63,786 bases of DNA, filler included, from Sphacelaria rigidula (GCA_964200075.2; 10 parts of 10 records of this genome joined end to end with filler, not necessarily neighbours in it); one strand, 5' to 3'; counted from the first letter of the whole stretch, positions 12,920 to 25,792 are shown. A program made the numbers and translations. Notes: generated from the sequence alone by a model not told the origin.

Positions 12920-15190
12920 TGCCAACCCCGCCCCGAACCGACCCGACACGAAGTAGACGCTTCAACATATGGCGTATTCAAGAAACGTTTGACTCTCTTT
13001 CCCACGCCGATTGGGTCCGGGAACAACAGGCAGAACCTGCTTGTAAATCAGCTATCCATGATCTATCTAAAGCTTGCCCATGTCCTTCTCAGAAACCGAA
13101 CTCCTTTTGCAAGTCGGGAATCTCAAAGCCATCACACAGGATGAAGTTACTGAACTTTACGGAAAGGTATGCTGCATACGGATGATGATGGTATAGTTCT
13201 GTTAGTTCGCCGGCCCACAATAGCCCTCCCCAGGGGAAAGCCTACAAGTCGACATGCCCGCTTGCTAGGTGATGGACTCATCTGCATCTATATCCCGATG
13301 CTCCTGCGCCCATGGGTTCTACACGAATGCCATTCACAGGCATCGACTCATTTAGGCGCCATTGGGACCTCCCAGATGGTGGAACGTTTTTATTGGTGGA
13401 TTTGTATGGATCAGTGTTGTCGTTGGTGGGTGAGGCGTTGTCTTTTGTGTCAGGCGCGAAGGATTTCCCGTCAAACAGTTCGTTGGCCGATTGTTTCCAT
13501 GCAACTCTCAAACGGGCCTGGCGAAGTAGTTTCGTGGGACTATTATGGTCCTTTGCCCCTGACGGATAGTGGTAATATGTATATTTTGTTGTTTACGGAT
13601 AGATTTAGTCGACATGCGGTGATGCACGCTGTCCCTGCCAATAGCTTTAACGCGGAAGGTACCACCAACGTTCTTGTATACATGTACATCCCACAGTGGT
13701 GTGTGCCCAAACGGTTACTGTCTGACAAGGGTCCGCATTTTTCAGGCAAACGTTCAGCCGCCGTAAATGACCTTTTGAGTGCCCATCGCATTTTTACTAG
13801 TTCATATTACCCTTCCACCTAAGATGGAACGGAACGAGTGAACCATACGATAGCACAGATGCTTGCTGCCGTAGCAAATGAGAGACAGATGGACTGAGAT
13901 CTGCACCTGCCCCTCGTCCGAATGAACTACAACAATTCAGTCAATGCCTCTACGGGATGGTCATCGAATGAAATTCATATTGGACGCATGCCTAGGTTGC
14001 CTTTAACGGTATTCGAACGCAAAAGTACAAGCGGACATAAGAGTCTGGATCGTGATGTTGTAGTGTATCATTTTTTGTCGATTAGCAATCGTCTTCGTCT
14101 TGCGTATGAAGTCGTACGAGAACAGAACCAAATCAATTTGGCCAAGGTGGCCAGGGCGAACTCGATGTTGGATGATGTGGTGCATAACCCCCCCGTGTGG
14201 AAGGTAGGCCAATGGGCATGGATGTATAACGATGTGAAGACCATCAATCAAGGGGCTAGCTCGAAATCACTATACTTGGACAAAGTGTTGAAGGTGAAAG
14301 TATCCTTGAGTTGGACTGGTCCTTGCGAAATTTTAGCTGTTGGTCTAAGCGCTACCGCACCCGACAAGAGTCCGGTGGGAGCGAAACTTTTGTATTTACT
14401 TAGATTTTCCCACGGATGAACCTGGTTTGGAACCGAAAAATCGCGTCTCGATGCTACGATGCAAACCGTGTATCCCCCCTCATGACTCCTCTGACATTCC
14501 CAGATGAATGCCGCTAGGGCTTAGCCAGTATGTGTTGACCAAGAATGCGATCAAAACTCCACCGTATCATATGATGGTCGAGGATGCAAACGCACTCCTG
14601 GAACGCGTTGAGGTAGATAGGATTTCGGGCCCTCAGCTGATTCGCGGTCGTGAAGGTAAGATAGCGGTAATATATCAAACACATTCGAACGGTATCATGC
14701 GTGTTACATGGGAGCGTGAAGTTGATTTCCGTCATTTTCGTCGGGAAATATTGCTGTACTGGGTAGGGGATACCGTCCGACACCGCCCGTTGAATAAGAG
14801 ATATCGGTCGATGCGCAAGGGAGCTGCCGCTCGGGAACTGGCACGTGAACACTCAGTACGGTTTGTTGTAACAGGCTACAGTCTTCTTTTGCGCTCACAA
14901 TACATGCAGTCTTTTCACGGACAACGCTTGCCGAAGGGGGCGTGCTTTCGGTATAAGGCCTTGGATTCACTGTGGTGGTTGGGGTGAAATTCATTTGGTC
15001 GATCCTGCATCTGACCACTCCTATTTCATCCGTTTTCTCGATGACCCGAGCCCCTTAAGATTCGCTTGGATGATGCCTACTACACCGAGGTGCCGACCGC
15101 TCGGAGGGGATCCTGGTGCCTCCAACGACACGACCGAGGCGATCTCGACACAGCCGTTCTTCGGAACACGGACACCGCTTGGGATGCAGA
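12920..15190 (+). mobile_element. Decayed Ty3/Gypsy LTR-retrotransposon integrase region: zinc finger, DDE core, GPY/F, chromodomain, extra C-terminal domain
   Basis: HECHSQASTHLG...CLLCQAR (H2C2); SWDYYGPLP, LFTDRFSR, LLSDKGPHF, YYPST*DGTERVNHT (rve core); WTGPCEILAVG; VEVDRISG..VIYQTH..VTWERE (chromodomain). Several stops and frameshifts. Confidence 0.93.
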
Positions 15191-18100
15191 TGACTCATGA
15201 TGTCGCATCCGAGTCTGCTTCCCCATTCACCTTGCGTAGTGTATCACGTTCGAGTCGCTTGTCTTGCACCGTAGCGTCGTTGGAAAACCATGTTTCCCCC
15301 CCCCTTCCATTTGTTTCCGTACTCATCGGCTCCGTACTTGTAGTGGTTGTATTTTGTACATCGTTTTTTTTCTTCTTGTGTTTCGTTTTTTTTGGCTTTG
15401 GACCCTGATTATGTGTTTTGATTTTTTTTCCTTTGCGTCATTTTGTTTTGATTTGTTCTTTCCCTTTTTTTTTCTCCTTTTCCTTTTCTTCTCTCTTCGC
15501 GTCGTGCTTTGTTTTCGATATTTTTTTGTGTTCAATGAGTAATTTTCTTGGTTAATTCTGGGTTCATCTAGCAAGGTACAAGTGACGACAGTTCCATTCC
15601 TGACCCCCGAGTCTGGAACCTTGAGCCTCCGTCCTTCGCGCCGTACTTTCACGACCATTCCGTATACTGGAACAGTTGCCACGAGTTATTTAGTTATTCA
15701 TTTTTTTCGTTGTACGCATCTTTAGTCTTGATTTGTATATTATGTTTGTTTTTTTTGTCTTTTCGGTCGAGAGTTTTCGGAGCGAGCGCTAGATATATAC
15801 CTGACCCCCCGTCTGGAATACTTGCGCTCTTGCCCAATCGCTCCGTACACGCATACCGCCTCCCTCTTCGGGATCGATCGCGACGTGTCTCCTTTTTGTG
15901 TGCGTACCACGTTGGGTTTTATATTTACATGGGCGATAGTAACCGAAGCCGAGTGTCTGAAATGTTTTACCCTTCTTGACTGAAACTTTTGAACCTACTT
16001 GCTTCGTACACACGATAACCGCTCCCGTTTACAAGGACGGTTGCCACATGTTGTTTTTCTGCTTCATTTTGCTGGTACTTCGTTTTCGCTGTTGCCCAGC
16101 GTGCCCCTGGTGTTGTATATATTTTGGTTTTGGTTTCTGCGTCTGTGTCGGGAATTTCGCCATGAGTGTCCCACCGTTCCTGACCCTCGAGTCTGGAACA
16201 CTTGGCCTACTTTTTTTTTGCGAGTCCTGCACACGTGTGACCGACCTAGTTTATAGGAGGGTCACGAGTAATGCGACGCGATAATATATACTTTGGTGAT
16301 TGGTAAGTTACAACGAGGTCACCACTGGCCGCGTCGTGCGTAGCGGTGTTGAACAATTGTCATTGAAATCACGGTATAATCGGTTGCAAACGTCTCCTCA
16401 TACAGGACCATTACAACATGATAGGGTAGATTGATCTTCCGGAACTGTCCGTTCCGCCATGTCGATATTCGACTATTGGTACAGCCTACAGGCTCAGAGT
16501 CCGCCACTCGCTATTTTTTCTGGTACTTTACCAGTTTTTTTGCGTACAGTTACCCGCCCCTGAAATCGGTCGGTGATGTTTGTTTTCATAAGGGATTATT
16601 GGACGAAGTAACGTGACGGTACGACCGGCTGTGGTTTTTACTCCAGTTGGTGTTCGGGCCAGTCTCGTTTAAGTCCGAACGGGCAAACACTGTGAGGAGT
16701 GGGCTGCGTTAGCCCTCTCTGTCCTGTGTATTTGTCATGGTTCAGAAATGTGTTGGGCGATCCGCCTCGGAACTACGTAGTAGGCCCGAAGGTTATGAAT
16801 TGACTCCACTACGTTTCTTTTGACGTGTACGGACACCTGACCTCACAAACCAGTTGGTTGTTTTCGTATCTCGTCATGTAAGAAAGAAAAAACATGCTGC
16901 ACGACTGGATCATCCCCCAGACGTCCAAAGCAAGTCGTTGCTCTCACAAACATCTACCGACAGTCAACTCACGTCAAATGGGTTGAATTTGTCCGTATCA
17001 TGCTATTTTTTGTTTCTCAACGTATGGTTTTCGCCGGAAACTACCTTTTCGCGACGAAATCGGCTGTACGTTGTTGGCTTTTGCTGATTGACTGGGACGA
17101 GTGATTAGCATGAACTTGGCTATCGGAGTGATAAAATGCCTTGGCGGGCTTGCTTGTTTTTCTACCAAGGACCTGAAACGAACCGGACATCCACAACAGA
17201 CTGAACTACTATATTCATGATATAGTTATGGCAGGGTGGGATGATCGTTTCAATGATAGTTCTCTAATTTTCTGTGGCTATCACGGAAATGCTCACGGCA
17301 TTCTGAGGACAACGCATTTTTGTGGTATATATGTTTTTGATTTTTAATTTTTAATTTCTATTTTTTCTATTTTCGGATTTCCCATGACTCCGTCTGAACT
17401 GCTCACGGAACATGAGGACACTGGATTATTGTATCGGTTCGATTTTCTTTTTTGCCTTGTTTTTTGTGTTTTTTTTTCTCCTTAGCTTTTTGTGTTGGTC
17501 GTCCCTTCCCGTTCCCCGTACCGAAGAATACTCGATCTTTGAGATGAGTCTCAGTTTTCTGTGGTGTGGGAGGTGTGGCTCGATGCAAGTTCGTCCTTCT
17601 GGATCCAGAGTGGGCTATTGTGATGGTAAATGACCGAGTGCGTGAATTAAACTAGTTCTTTGGGATTTGCCGATGGTCCCCACAAACATCCGGCGGGTAT
17701 GAAAATATTCTAGTCGGATATGTGCTTGTGTAACGTAGAAATTGGACTACTACCGCCCAATCGGCGTTTTTGCGCCTGATTCTGTAGTCGGATTGATTGT
17801 ATCGGATTGGTCGTATGGGGCATGCGCCTGTCAATAAAGGTTGATAGAAGGTACCCGCCGCAACGAGTTGGCACTATGGCAATTATATGCGTGGCTAGGA
17901 GGTTTTGTGGGAAAGAACTCGCCCCCCCACGAGCTTCACCTGCAACCCATCGGTCAAGAAAAGGCTTCGCAGAACTAATTACAAGAAGGGTTATCAGCTT
18001 TCATCTGCTCTGCCGACGTCTCATCCTCTGGCCTGCAAGCCGTTACTCAATAAGTGAGTTACGTGTACCATAGTTCCGGTCCATCTATTGTTTTTTCCTT

Positions 18101-18329
18101 TTCTGAAAGAACTTGGTGCTTACTCACCATAACAGCTGTAGCTGCAACCGTGTGTCGTGTGTGAGAGAATCTTACTGCCTTGAGTTAACGAGCCGAACAC
18201 AGGATCAGCTTGTCACATCTCTTTCTTCTGGGGTGCGGCTTGCTTTGCTACTGCATACCACGACACGGTGCTACTTTACATTTTCCCGAACAGTCCATCA
18301 GAATGTTTCACGCGTTCAACTATTTCGGA

Positions 18330-18886
18330 AATTACGTTTATCTCAAGTCAAGCTTCAATGTCAGCAGAGAACCGCACATGAGTCCGGACCAGGGAGACAT
18401 TTGGTTCCGGCGGTTATTCCTATTAAAACGTTCAGCATATAGTTTCAGAGAACTTGAATCAATCGATGGCATAGCATACTAAATATGTGAGAAATGTGCG
18501 AGGCATTTGGGGCTTGTGCACGACGTCGATGAATACACCATATGTATGCATGAAGCACTACAATTTTCCACTGCACGTGAACTCCGCCGCCTCTTCACTA
18601 CTCTCATACTGTTCCACAGTGATGGGACCTGTTCCACGAAGATTTATCGCTTGATTTTTCAATTACCTTGACGGCGAATGCTAGCGCAGATGCTGCTCTC
18701 AAGCACATCGAGCTCATGCTCAACAAACACGGGCGATCCACAAATCAATTTTTCCTTCCCCACGTCATCCATGACAGCACTGAATACGACCGTCTCATCG
18801 CCTCATTCAACAAATCCGAACAGGCAGACATTTCTCGCCAGATGACAGCAAACCTTACCGAAGAACAACGATCAATTTTTAAAACT
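18330..18886 (+). mobile_element. Helitron RepHel fragment (linker up to the start of the PIF1-like helicase), decayed
   Basis: GDIWFRRLFLLKRSAYSFRELESIDGIAY*..ARHLGLVHDVDEYTICMHEA..ARELRRLFTTLIL..ALKHIELMLNKHGRS..LP..NLTEEQRSIF matches the conserved Helitron linker. It is cut off by the CAG element at 18889. Confidence 0.8.
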
Positions 18887-20867
18887 AACAGTGGATCCTA
18901 GAATATGGGGTTCATCTACAAAATGAGGTTGAAATGACATTTCTCGTTTGCAGGGAAGACGCGAAGCACTTACGACCGAGCGAAGCTATCTCCCCCCCCA
19001 AATGTCCGCAGCATTTACGCAGCTGTGGCTAGGTGCACCTAACGAATGCGGTGTACACGCGTGTCGATNNNNNNNNNNNNNNNNNNNNNNNNNNNNNNNN
19101 NNNNNNNNNNNNTTAATTAATTAANNNNNNNNNNNNNNNNNNNNNNNNNNNNNNNNNNNNNNNNNNNNTTTTCGTTCTGGTTCTTTTGCTTCTTTTGTTG
19201 AAAACAAACAAGGGTTTTGGGGGGTTGTGTTGTGTGTTTCCCCCCCCCCCCCCCCGGGGTGTTGCGCCTGTACTTGATTGTCGGGCGTTGGATGAATACT
19301 ACCCTATCTAATCGAACTTCATCATATTGTTGTCCCTCGAGGGCCGCCGTGCTTTGGCTGTCTGATGGCACAAGTGATATCATCCAGACGACAAAATATA
19401 GGTTCAGTTCCCGCCACATGCGCTGATTTCGGATTTTTCTGTGATGATAGTCATGATCCATTTCGCGACACCAAAGTATAATGTAAGGAGGCGTGTACCG
19501 AGGGAGAGATGGGTTGATACCTTGATACTAGTGTAGTACGGACTTGTCCCGAGGAAAGGGGAAGGGTTTGAACTGTTACGGGGGAAAATAATAGGGTGGA
19601 TGAGAAGGTCGCGTCCAAAGTCCGCCGTGTGCCGTATCCGAGCTTTGCGATCGAGCCACTTGATTGTCGCACATGCACTGCTCCTATATCCAGCTATAGT
19701 CGCGAGACATAAGGGGTACTGTGCTTGAGGTTACACGAACGGAAAACAGTTGTCGCGAAGGACGCTGGAGGAAAGACTCGAACTCAAGTAGATGAGAAGC
19801 AGAGAGGAGACAGACAGACGTAATAAGCTGACATGGACGGACGCCAGCCGAAGAGTAGTACCGGCCCCGACAAAATTCTCAACACACCCGTGCCAGGGAC
19901 TCTTTTGCTTCGGAGTAAATGCTATGGATTGTAAAACCTTCAAGCTCAACTTCAAAACTGTATCAGAATCTGGTAAGCTTGAGAGGGTGACGGGATATTT
20001 CCAATGGAGCAGTAAAATGCGTAGTATTTGGAAGGACCGCCGAAGACGAAGGCACTTTCCTGGGTAGACTGTTTCTGACACTGGAAAGAGCTGAGCGACG
20101 GAAAAAAATGTTCATAAATAACATTTATATAATAACATATTTTTTCTAAATGTTTGGTAATGATCTCGAAAAGGTCGAAACTTCATGAAATAGAGAAGAA
20201 AAAAAAACGTTTTTGACTCTCAGCAAGACAAATACAAACTTTTGTTGTATCTTCACGTTGAAAGTTTTCATAATATTAAGAATCAACGTTTCCGTGTGCC
20301 GAGCACGGTGTTGTCAATGCGCGACGCGTACTACAGTATATAAAAGGCGACATACCTCATTCGAAACTCTGCCTATACACTGAAGCAAGCCTGATGACAA
20401 CGAAATCCCCGCTAATGATGGTCGCGAAGGGTTAGCAGCCAATATGTCCCGTAGGGTGTGGGTTCGAAGAAGTGTCACGCGATGTATGCGTGGCGTGGCC
20501 CTCTTGCGTCCGAATCCCCCCTTTTTCTATGTAGGCGTTGTCTCGCCACCGCAAGCAATCGTTGGGTACTCTGACCATCGGGATTCGCCTCAGCTTGTAA
20601 TCTGAGCAGTTGTGAAACATACAGAGAGTTCTGCAGGTACCCGTGTTATGTTAGGAGCTAGCTGCGTGTGCGATCGAGGTCGTGCAAGGCGCGGTGTCGG
20701 ACCATATGCGAGCGGTGTCCTGTTCGCGGAGTTTTATGTGTAGAGCTGGCACAACGATCGTTCCAGACCTCCGCACCGTTGATGTCGCTGCCGCCTGAAC
20801 ATGGAGTCTTCTTAATTTTGAGTAACACCTCGGACGTGCTGTGTTGGTTGTTTTGCTTTCCTAACAG

Positions 20868-23800
20868 CAACTTGTCCTGTACGGACTGTACAAGCAAGCG
20901 TCCGTCGGCGACTGTCACCTGAACCGGCCGGGGTTCTTCGACCCGACAGGCAGAGCCAAGTGGTGAGATGTCGTCAGCCGACGAGTGTGATGGAAGCTGT
21001 CGAATTATTCTGAGAAATATCCAAAAGTGGGTTATGTCTAGCTTTGTTGATAGCCGAAGGTCTGATTGAAGCTTCAAGAGCACGTTGAAATGTCAGAACC
21101 ATGCTTGCTACGGTCAATAACTGACAGTATCCCGTCCTACGGGAACACTTTCAGCGAATGCACTTGACTGGATCGAATGGATGTCTCGTTTCACTCGTGC
21201 TTCCCCCCAAAACCTTTGTGTGTGTGTGTTTCAGGGCATCATGGACGAGGTACAAGGGGCTAGACACACTGTCCGCTATGCAGCGATACGTCGAGGTAGC
21301 GCGTGAAGTCTGTCCCCCTCCCGTTTCACAGGCGCGCTCCCGCACGTTCGGCGCCTCGGCAATGCCACCCGTCCACAACCGAAGCCAACCCGTCACCTAC
21401 GGGGTTTCGTCGAATACAAGGTCACGTCAACAGCAACGAAGGAACAGCGAGGGCGGCGCATCCCGCGGACCTGCAGGTACTGTTGCTGTTGGGGGGAATG
21501 CATCGGTCACCACGAGCGTCGGGATGAACACCCAACATAGCGGACGCAGTGACCAGGGCCTGCCATCGATCGGCGCTACTAGGGACAGTACGACCGCCGA
21601 GTTTTCTACTCCCGGGGAGGGATGTCCTAAACGATCTACTGAGGGGTACCCGGAACCAGCTCACGGGGAAGTGCACCATCTCCATCCCCGAGAAAACAGG
21701 AGTGAGGGCCACCCCGTAAAAGCGCAGGAGCAAGGCACGGGTTTACCGGAAGCAGAGGGTGAGACATCTGAAGGATTTGGACGGACGGGGCAGTGGTGGA
21801 AGGGCGAAGAGAGGACGGGAAAGGGATATATGCCAGGGGTTAGGGGTAGGGAGGGTGATGTTGCTGCCTTGGCAGCAATGGCTTTTGGGGTAATCGTTGT
21901 TGCGGGTGTAGGTATCGCGATTTTATTTAGAGTAAGTAGGCGTGAGGAGCGGGACGATGGAGAGAGCGGTGGGTACGTGGGGGTGGGGATGTTGCTATTA
22001 AGGTGGTGGGCGGTGTCGATGTTATCGACGCTGCTGTTGGGGTTGGGCTGCGGAGCGATTTGGGTACCGGTGCGTGTGGCTCGCGCGCGGGAAGAAATCA
22101 TGGCATTTAGTCCCGTTGTTCCAGAACTGATGGCACGTGCGGCTGGTCTTAATGGCGAATGTGATGCTGAAGTTCGAGGGTCATCGAGGCCCGGCTCTGG
22201 AAACCAAAATACGAGGGTCATTCATCGTGATCTTCAAGTGAACAATTACGATGCTGGCGTGATGTTTGATGATCCAGTGGGAAGCATCTTCGGTCCAGGA
22301 ACACAAGCATCCCGTGACTTTGCTCCTACGGCAGTGGAGCACTGCACCGAACGAGGTAGCGGAGGCGATTGCGGGGCAAAACCAACGCCGTCGGCCGCTG
22401 CGGCAATCAATGGCGAAACGCCGACGGAAGAGGTTGTGTTTCTGACGGGTGCAACGGGACTCGTGGGGCAGATGGTTTTGTATGATCTGCTGCGACTAGG
22501 CGCTCCCGTAACGTCGGCGCCTCCCGTAGCAGAAGCAGAAGAAGGTGTCGTGAAGACAAGACGGGAAGAGTTGGGTGCTGACCAGGAAGGCGGCAGCGTC
22601 ACTGCAGGCGGGCGTGTCGGAGATCGGGCGCGCTGTAGAAGTGTAGTGGAGGAGGAGGGGGGAGCGGATGAAGGCCGGCGATTAAAACGGGTATTTGTTT
22701 TGGTACGGCCAGGCAAGAAGGGTGTGAGCGCCGGCGATCGACTGGATTCCATTAAGACCAGCCCAATGTTCCGAGTTTTACGGGAGACCGGCGCCTGGGT
22801 GGATGATCATGACGATGACGACCAAGGTCATGATGACCAAAATACTGCCGCGGTCGGTGCGGGGATGATACGAGTTTTGCGGAAGGCTGAGATCGATGGC
22901 GATGGCGATGGTGATGATTCAACCCAAATGGCAACTGCAAGGGCTGTTACTGGAGCCGGGGGCGGAGCAGTGGTGTCCGTCATCGAGGGTGATTTAGCGC
23001 AGGAAGGCTTGGGCCTGACAGCAAAGTCGCAGTCCGTCTTGGCCCGAGCGGGCGTGACGCGGGCGCTGCATTGCGCGGCGAGTGTCCGGTTTAGCGATCC
23101 TCTAGCGGAGGCCACGGCGACAAACATCACAGGAGCGCTGAGGGTGGCTGCGTTGGTTGCCTCGTGGCCTACCTGCAGGTGGGATGAAGTGTTTTTGTTC
23201 AAGTGTTTTGTCTGTTGGGGGGATTGTGAAGTGATATGCAGTGTGATGTCGCGCGGTGTTCGATCAAGTGATGCGCGAATCACTTGAAATGTCTAGTATT
23301 GTAGGGCACTGTTGGATATCGTGTCTGGAAGTGCCGGCCTGTGTCGTCTGTGGGTTCGCACATGGCGGGATGTGAATGGTCTTCCCGGCGGTACAGTATG
23401 TGTGTACGCCTAGGACCGAAGCTCATGAGAGTAAAGTAGGGCGGCGCGTGCACTGCGCCAAGTTGGCGTTTTTTTTAATTATTAGTGGGTTCGACCTTAA
23501 CACTGGGGTTGAGCAAAGCTTTTTGAACGCTCGAGGCGCCTACCCCACATGACTGCCGCGACACGATCTAGCGGAGCCTCCGGCTAATCGGCACCCGAAC
23601 CCGCTTGCGGGTTAAGTGTTGGGTAGGTTTTACTCCTTCCTTCAAGGAAAAAAACACGAGTGTATGTATGTACACTACACCCAAACGTACAGACGCCATC
23701 GTGCTTCTCGTCTGTCTCGTCTGCCCCTGTTATTAAGATCTCACGGTCGCTCTTTGTTGCCTCGTCGAATGTTGTAAAGGTCCCCCCTTTCTTGCCTGCT

Positions 23801-24771
23801 TCACCATTGCCCCGGAACCCCCTGGCCCAACACGGAACCCGTTCGTTCACACTGCCGAAAAATAAGCAACAAAATATCCGCTCAAGAATACCTGCCCCGT
23901 GCAAACGAGAATTTCCCTTCAGTCCGAAATCTCGAGTTTCGCTGTAACAGAAGCTCCATCCAACGTATGTTGCTTTTTTTTTTATGTCAGGGTCCCTGGT
24001 CCGCGTCCCACGTCGCCCCCTCTACCATATAGCTGACGCTTCACACTCCACGTGCACTTGTCCCTTATGCCAACTATTTGTTCCTTCATCTGTTATCGTT
24101 GGTGTGATCCGCAACAAAAAAACACCTGCTCAGGACCCTGGTTCACGTGTCAACCGCCTTCGTACACGGCCGCAACTCGGGGACCCCATCCTCCCCCCTG
24201 CCCCAACGCCTTCCCGACCTCGGCGGGCGAGACCCCGGGAAGCTTTACCGCAGCGCGCAAATCGCCACCTCAAAGGATGAGGGACGCCAAAGCTCAGGCG
24301 GGGCAGGAGCAAAGGGGAAGGGGGGAAGAAGTGATGCCACGAATGCCCTTAAGGATCTGGGTTACCCTAACACGTACACGTTCACCAAGGCGATCGGGGA
24401 GCATTTGTTGGCCCGTGCGGTCTGTGCACACAACCGCCGGTGTCGAATACAGTGGCAGCGGCACCGGGTTCGTGCGGGGAACAATAGCGGACGTAACAAT
24501 AGTAGTGATCACACCGCTAGTGAAGGAGGTATGGACGATGATGGCGTAGCTAGGTCGGCGTCGGCACCGGGTGATGCTGTCACGCTCACCGGTAGCGCTC
24601 CAGGTGGCGGCGATGAGGAAGGGTGGGACGAGGGGGTGGACTGCAGTGACGAGCGGCGTTGTGGCGGGGTGCGCGGCCTGAAGCTGAGGGTGGTTCGGCC
24701 GAGCATCGTGGGGCCGTCATGGGTGTTTCCTTGGGCTGGTTGGACGGGAGAACAGCCTTCCACCGTGACAG
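20868..24771 (+). CDS. ACBP + two TM helices + fatty acyl-CoA reductase (male-sterility/NAD-binding-4 type) fusion, 5'- and 3'-partial. Exons 20868-20962, 21235-23178, 24134-24771
   Basis: Exons 1 and 2 splice (TG|G) into [53 protein letters not shown] (ACBP). Two hydrophobic stretches at ~21862-22075. FAR motifs [85 protein letters not shown]. Both introns are GT-AG and phase 2. Confidence 0.9.
23437..23652 (+). repeat. Intronic interspersed repeat (homolog at 33737-33945, same strand)
   Basis: Shared TAGGGCGG.GCGTGCA.TGCGCCAAGTTG...TTGAGCAAAGCTT..GAACGCTCGAGGCGCCTAC...TAAGTGTTGGGT..GGTTT.CTTCCTTCA. Confidence 0.85.
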
Positions 24772-24842
24772 GTGGGTCGACCAGAAGAGGACGTACGTCC
24801 GATCGGGCAGAAATGCTGTGTCTTCTGCGGTCTTAGACGGTA

Positions 24843-25457
24843 TTATAGTCAGCATCAGAAGTTTTCAGAATTCGCAGTTGTCCTTTTTTCTGAGTTTTTC
24901 TGAAGAACCGTTCTTCACTATTACTTGAAAGTGCTAGCGCCGGTANNNNNNNNNNCTAAACTGCAGTGCTCACGTTGGTGTTTTTGGGGCGATAGGGACT
25001 TGATACCCCGTTTATCAGGAGGGTGTTATCGACCGTTTTTGGTCCATATAAGCAGTTTTACCGCTCTTTAGCGACGAAACGGTAAATATTCAGATAAATT
25101 AATACGTGCAAAATTCTTCACAATAACGATCGAAATCGTGTTTCCCTCCTATACTGCACAGACCCCAGTCTAGCATTTTCTGCGGATGGCCTATTTTCGG
25201 GGGGTTTTCGCATAACATTTTCCATGAGCACCCGAAGGTGCTAGCGTCGGTAGTTTTGGCAAAATATGCAAACTGTGCTCAAATCACAATCGCCCAAGTT
25301 GGTGTTGTGGGAGCGATACCGGGTATAGACCCCGTTTATCAGGAGGGTGTTATTGACCGCAAATGGTCCAAGAAACATGGTTTTTCCTGCTTTAACGCAG
25401 TGACTAGGTAGAATTTCAAAAAAACAATCCTTTTGGAGTCTTCACTTGTATAATCCG
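24843..25457. repeat. Interspersed repeat with an internal ~310-325-nt tandem duplication. Its first ~100 nt are homologous (reverse strand) to 56417-56487 + 57295-57330
   Basis: GTGCTAGCG.CGGTA and CCCGTTTATCAGGAGGGTGTTAT.GACCG each occur twice. TAGTCAGCATCAGAAGTTTTCAGAAT is shared with scaffold 9. Confidence 0.75.
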
Positions 25458-25682
25458 NNNNNNNNNNNNNNNNNNNNNNNNNNNNNNNNNNNNNNNNNNN
25501 NTTAATTAATTAANNNNNNNNNNNNNNNNNNNNNNNNNNNNNNNNNNNNNNNNNNNNAAGATGGCTTCGCTCGGTCGTAAGTGTTTTGCGTCTACCCTGC
25601 AAAAGAGAAATTCCACTTCAACCTCATGTTTTAGATGAACCGCATTTTCTAGGATCCACTGTCAACACGTGATGCGATCGCA

Positions 25683-25683
<1 letters not shown>

Positions 25684-25743
<60 letters not shown>

Positions 25744-25792
25744 GTGAGAGAGAGAGAGAGAGAGAGAGAAAGAAAAAGGAAAGTGAGAGAGA
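25684..25792. repeat. (GT)n(GA)n compound microsatellite
   Basis: Directly visible. Confidence 0.95.

Noticed and set aside
21158..23287. 709-aa ORF taken as a complete single-exon gene
   Set aside because: Its first ~26 and last ~36 codons are intronic. The real exon is 21235-23178.
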